Below the pieces are notes generated by a model that ran no database searches, was not told where the DNA came from, and was given only the letters and a program-made list of their open reading frames with translations. Below, one piece after another: positions 62,755 to 64,000 of a DNA stretch of 64,000 nucleotides. Origin of the DNA: Phycisphaerae bacterium (GTDB lineage Bacteria > Planctomycetota > Phycisphaerae > UBA1845); the NCBI GenBank assembly GCA_963666835.2, contig CAXXGO010000006.1, forward strand, positions 1,824,001 to 1,888,000. The letters run 5' to 3'. The stretch's first letter is position 1. Each line of letters opens with the position of its first letter. Both the position numbers and the translations under genes were made by a program.

Positions 62755-64000
62755 CTATGCCTTAATGTAAAGGGCATCGCCCCAATTGTGCGGTTGGTCC
62801 GAGGGGTAGACGGCGTGCCGCCGATAGCCGCACTCCGTCATGAAGCGATCGATCTCATCGAATAAGGGACAGTCCTTGTAGATCGGTACGAACGAGACCT
62901 CGAGATAGACGAGCTTCGTGGTCTCAAGCAGCTTGCGGGCGCCGTACAGGGCCTTCAGCTCCGCGCCTTGTACATCCAGCTTCAACAACCCGACTTTGCG
63001 CGGGTCCACCCCGGCCTGCTCGCACCAACGGTCCAGCGTGCAAACCTCCACCTCCTCCTTGCCAACGATTCTGGTCCACTTGGCACAAGGATTACCATCT
63101 TCGTAACCCAAAAGAGAATTGGCTTCCGGAGAAGGTCGTCAGGTTTATCCACGACTTCCCATCATGATCGGCCACCGCCTTTTTGACCGGAGTAGCATTG
63201 ATCGCGGCGCACTTGGCCCGAAGCTGCTCGAACACCGCGCTGACCGGCTCGAAGCTGTAGATCTTGGCATTCGGGTACGTGTTGCGGAGCATACCCGCCA
63301 TCTGGCCGACGTTTGCCCCGCAGTCCAGAACGACCTCGGGTTCAGGGTTCAGCAGCTTGAAGTCATATGTCGCGGCGGCAGAAGAGAACTCGACCGGGGC
63401 GGGCCTTGACATTGGCCAGGCTGTTGAGAAGGGCCCCCAGGCGATGGCTGAACAGGTGCTCGGACAAGGTCCGCCTCTGCCCGGCAAGCGCAATCGCCGC
63501 CCGCGTCGTCGGGACGACCCAGGTAATACCGGATCTTCTCTAGCAGGTCCTGCTCGTTACGAAACGTGATGCACTCCTTACCAACCTCAAAACACTTGTC
63601 GAGTTCCGGCTGCTGATAGCAGAGCATGAAACCCCCGGCCGCGGTGATCTCAAAATGCCGCATGTTCAGCCCGGTCTCGCCGTTGCCGTTTACGAGGTTC
63701 AGATTGATCGCCGCCTCGCGGAAGTGGGCGAAGTACTCTTCCACCGTCGGCAGGGGACCTGCGGCCGGCAATCCGTAGGCCCGGTCCCAGCCGGTGCCGG
63801 CCAGGTGGAACTGGTCGCCCAACTTCCGTTTCAGGAAGATGACGAACCGGTCACGTTGCGGATGCACTGCGTGGCATTGAAGAAGAGTTTTGCGTTGAAA
63901 TACGCGGCGGCCTTGTTTGCGCGGATGTTAAGGTCGTCGCCCGGGGTGGGCGGCTCGCCCAGCCCAAACACCTCGTGGTAGGCATCGAAGAACGTCGCCT
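62755..64000 (-). CDS. CgeB-like glycosyltransferase C-terminus followed by an FkbM methyltransferase domain (fused or overlapping genes); partial, several frameshifts
   Basis: RDRF...NMRHFEITAAGG...GQRRTLSEH; LDCGANVGQ, YSFEP, LKLDVQGAE. Frame breaks at ~63855, ~63505, ~63133 and possibly ~63410. Confidence 0.75.

Overview
GC-rich bacterial chromosome segment. The ECF sigma/Ser-Thr kinase pair, CxxCxYxLxG..CPECG membrane proteins and Cys/Asp-rich secreted proteins suggest Planctomycetota, probably Phycisphaerae (inference). The left ~10.6 kb ends in a 3'-half copy of tRNA-Arg(CCT), a likely att site. Just inside it are iteron-like repeats, a lambda-like cosQ/cosN-type sequence and a phage-type cassette (ParB-N protein, radical SAM enzyme, putative small terminase, 86-aa ORF) with no large terminase or capsid genes. 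Further left lie an ECF/kinase-WD40 pair and a CARDB-repeat protein. The rest holds an OprB porin, S41/C1A/S8 secreted proteases, an IS4 inserted into a REP, BIME-like arrays, DUF418, a USP, a cold-shock protein, MscS, clpC, a tandem dynamin-like GTPase pair and asnS with a large insertion. It also holds a surface-protein cluster (two micro-lipoproteins, helical/beta-barrel protein, FecR-like protein, large Cys-rich lipoprotein, CTERM-like protein), trpA, a probable 6S RNA, a GlmU-like gene and a glycosyltransferase/FkbM cluster. Several single-base frameshifts, clustered at the right end, are probably assembly errors. All family calls come from motifs recognised by eye; no database search was run.
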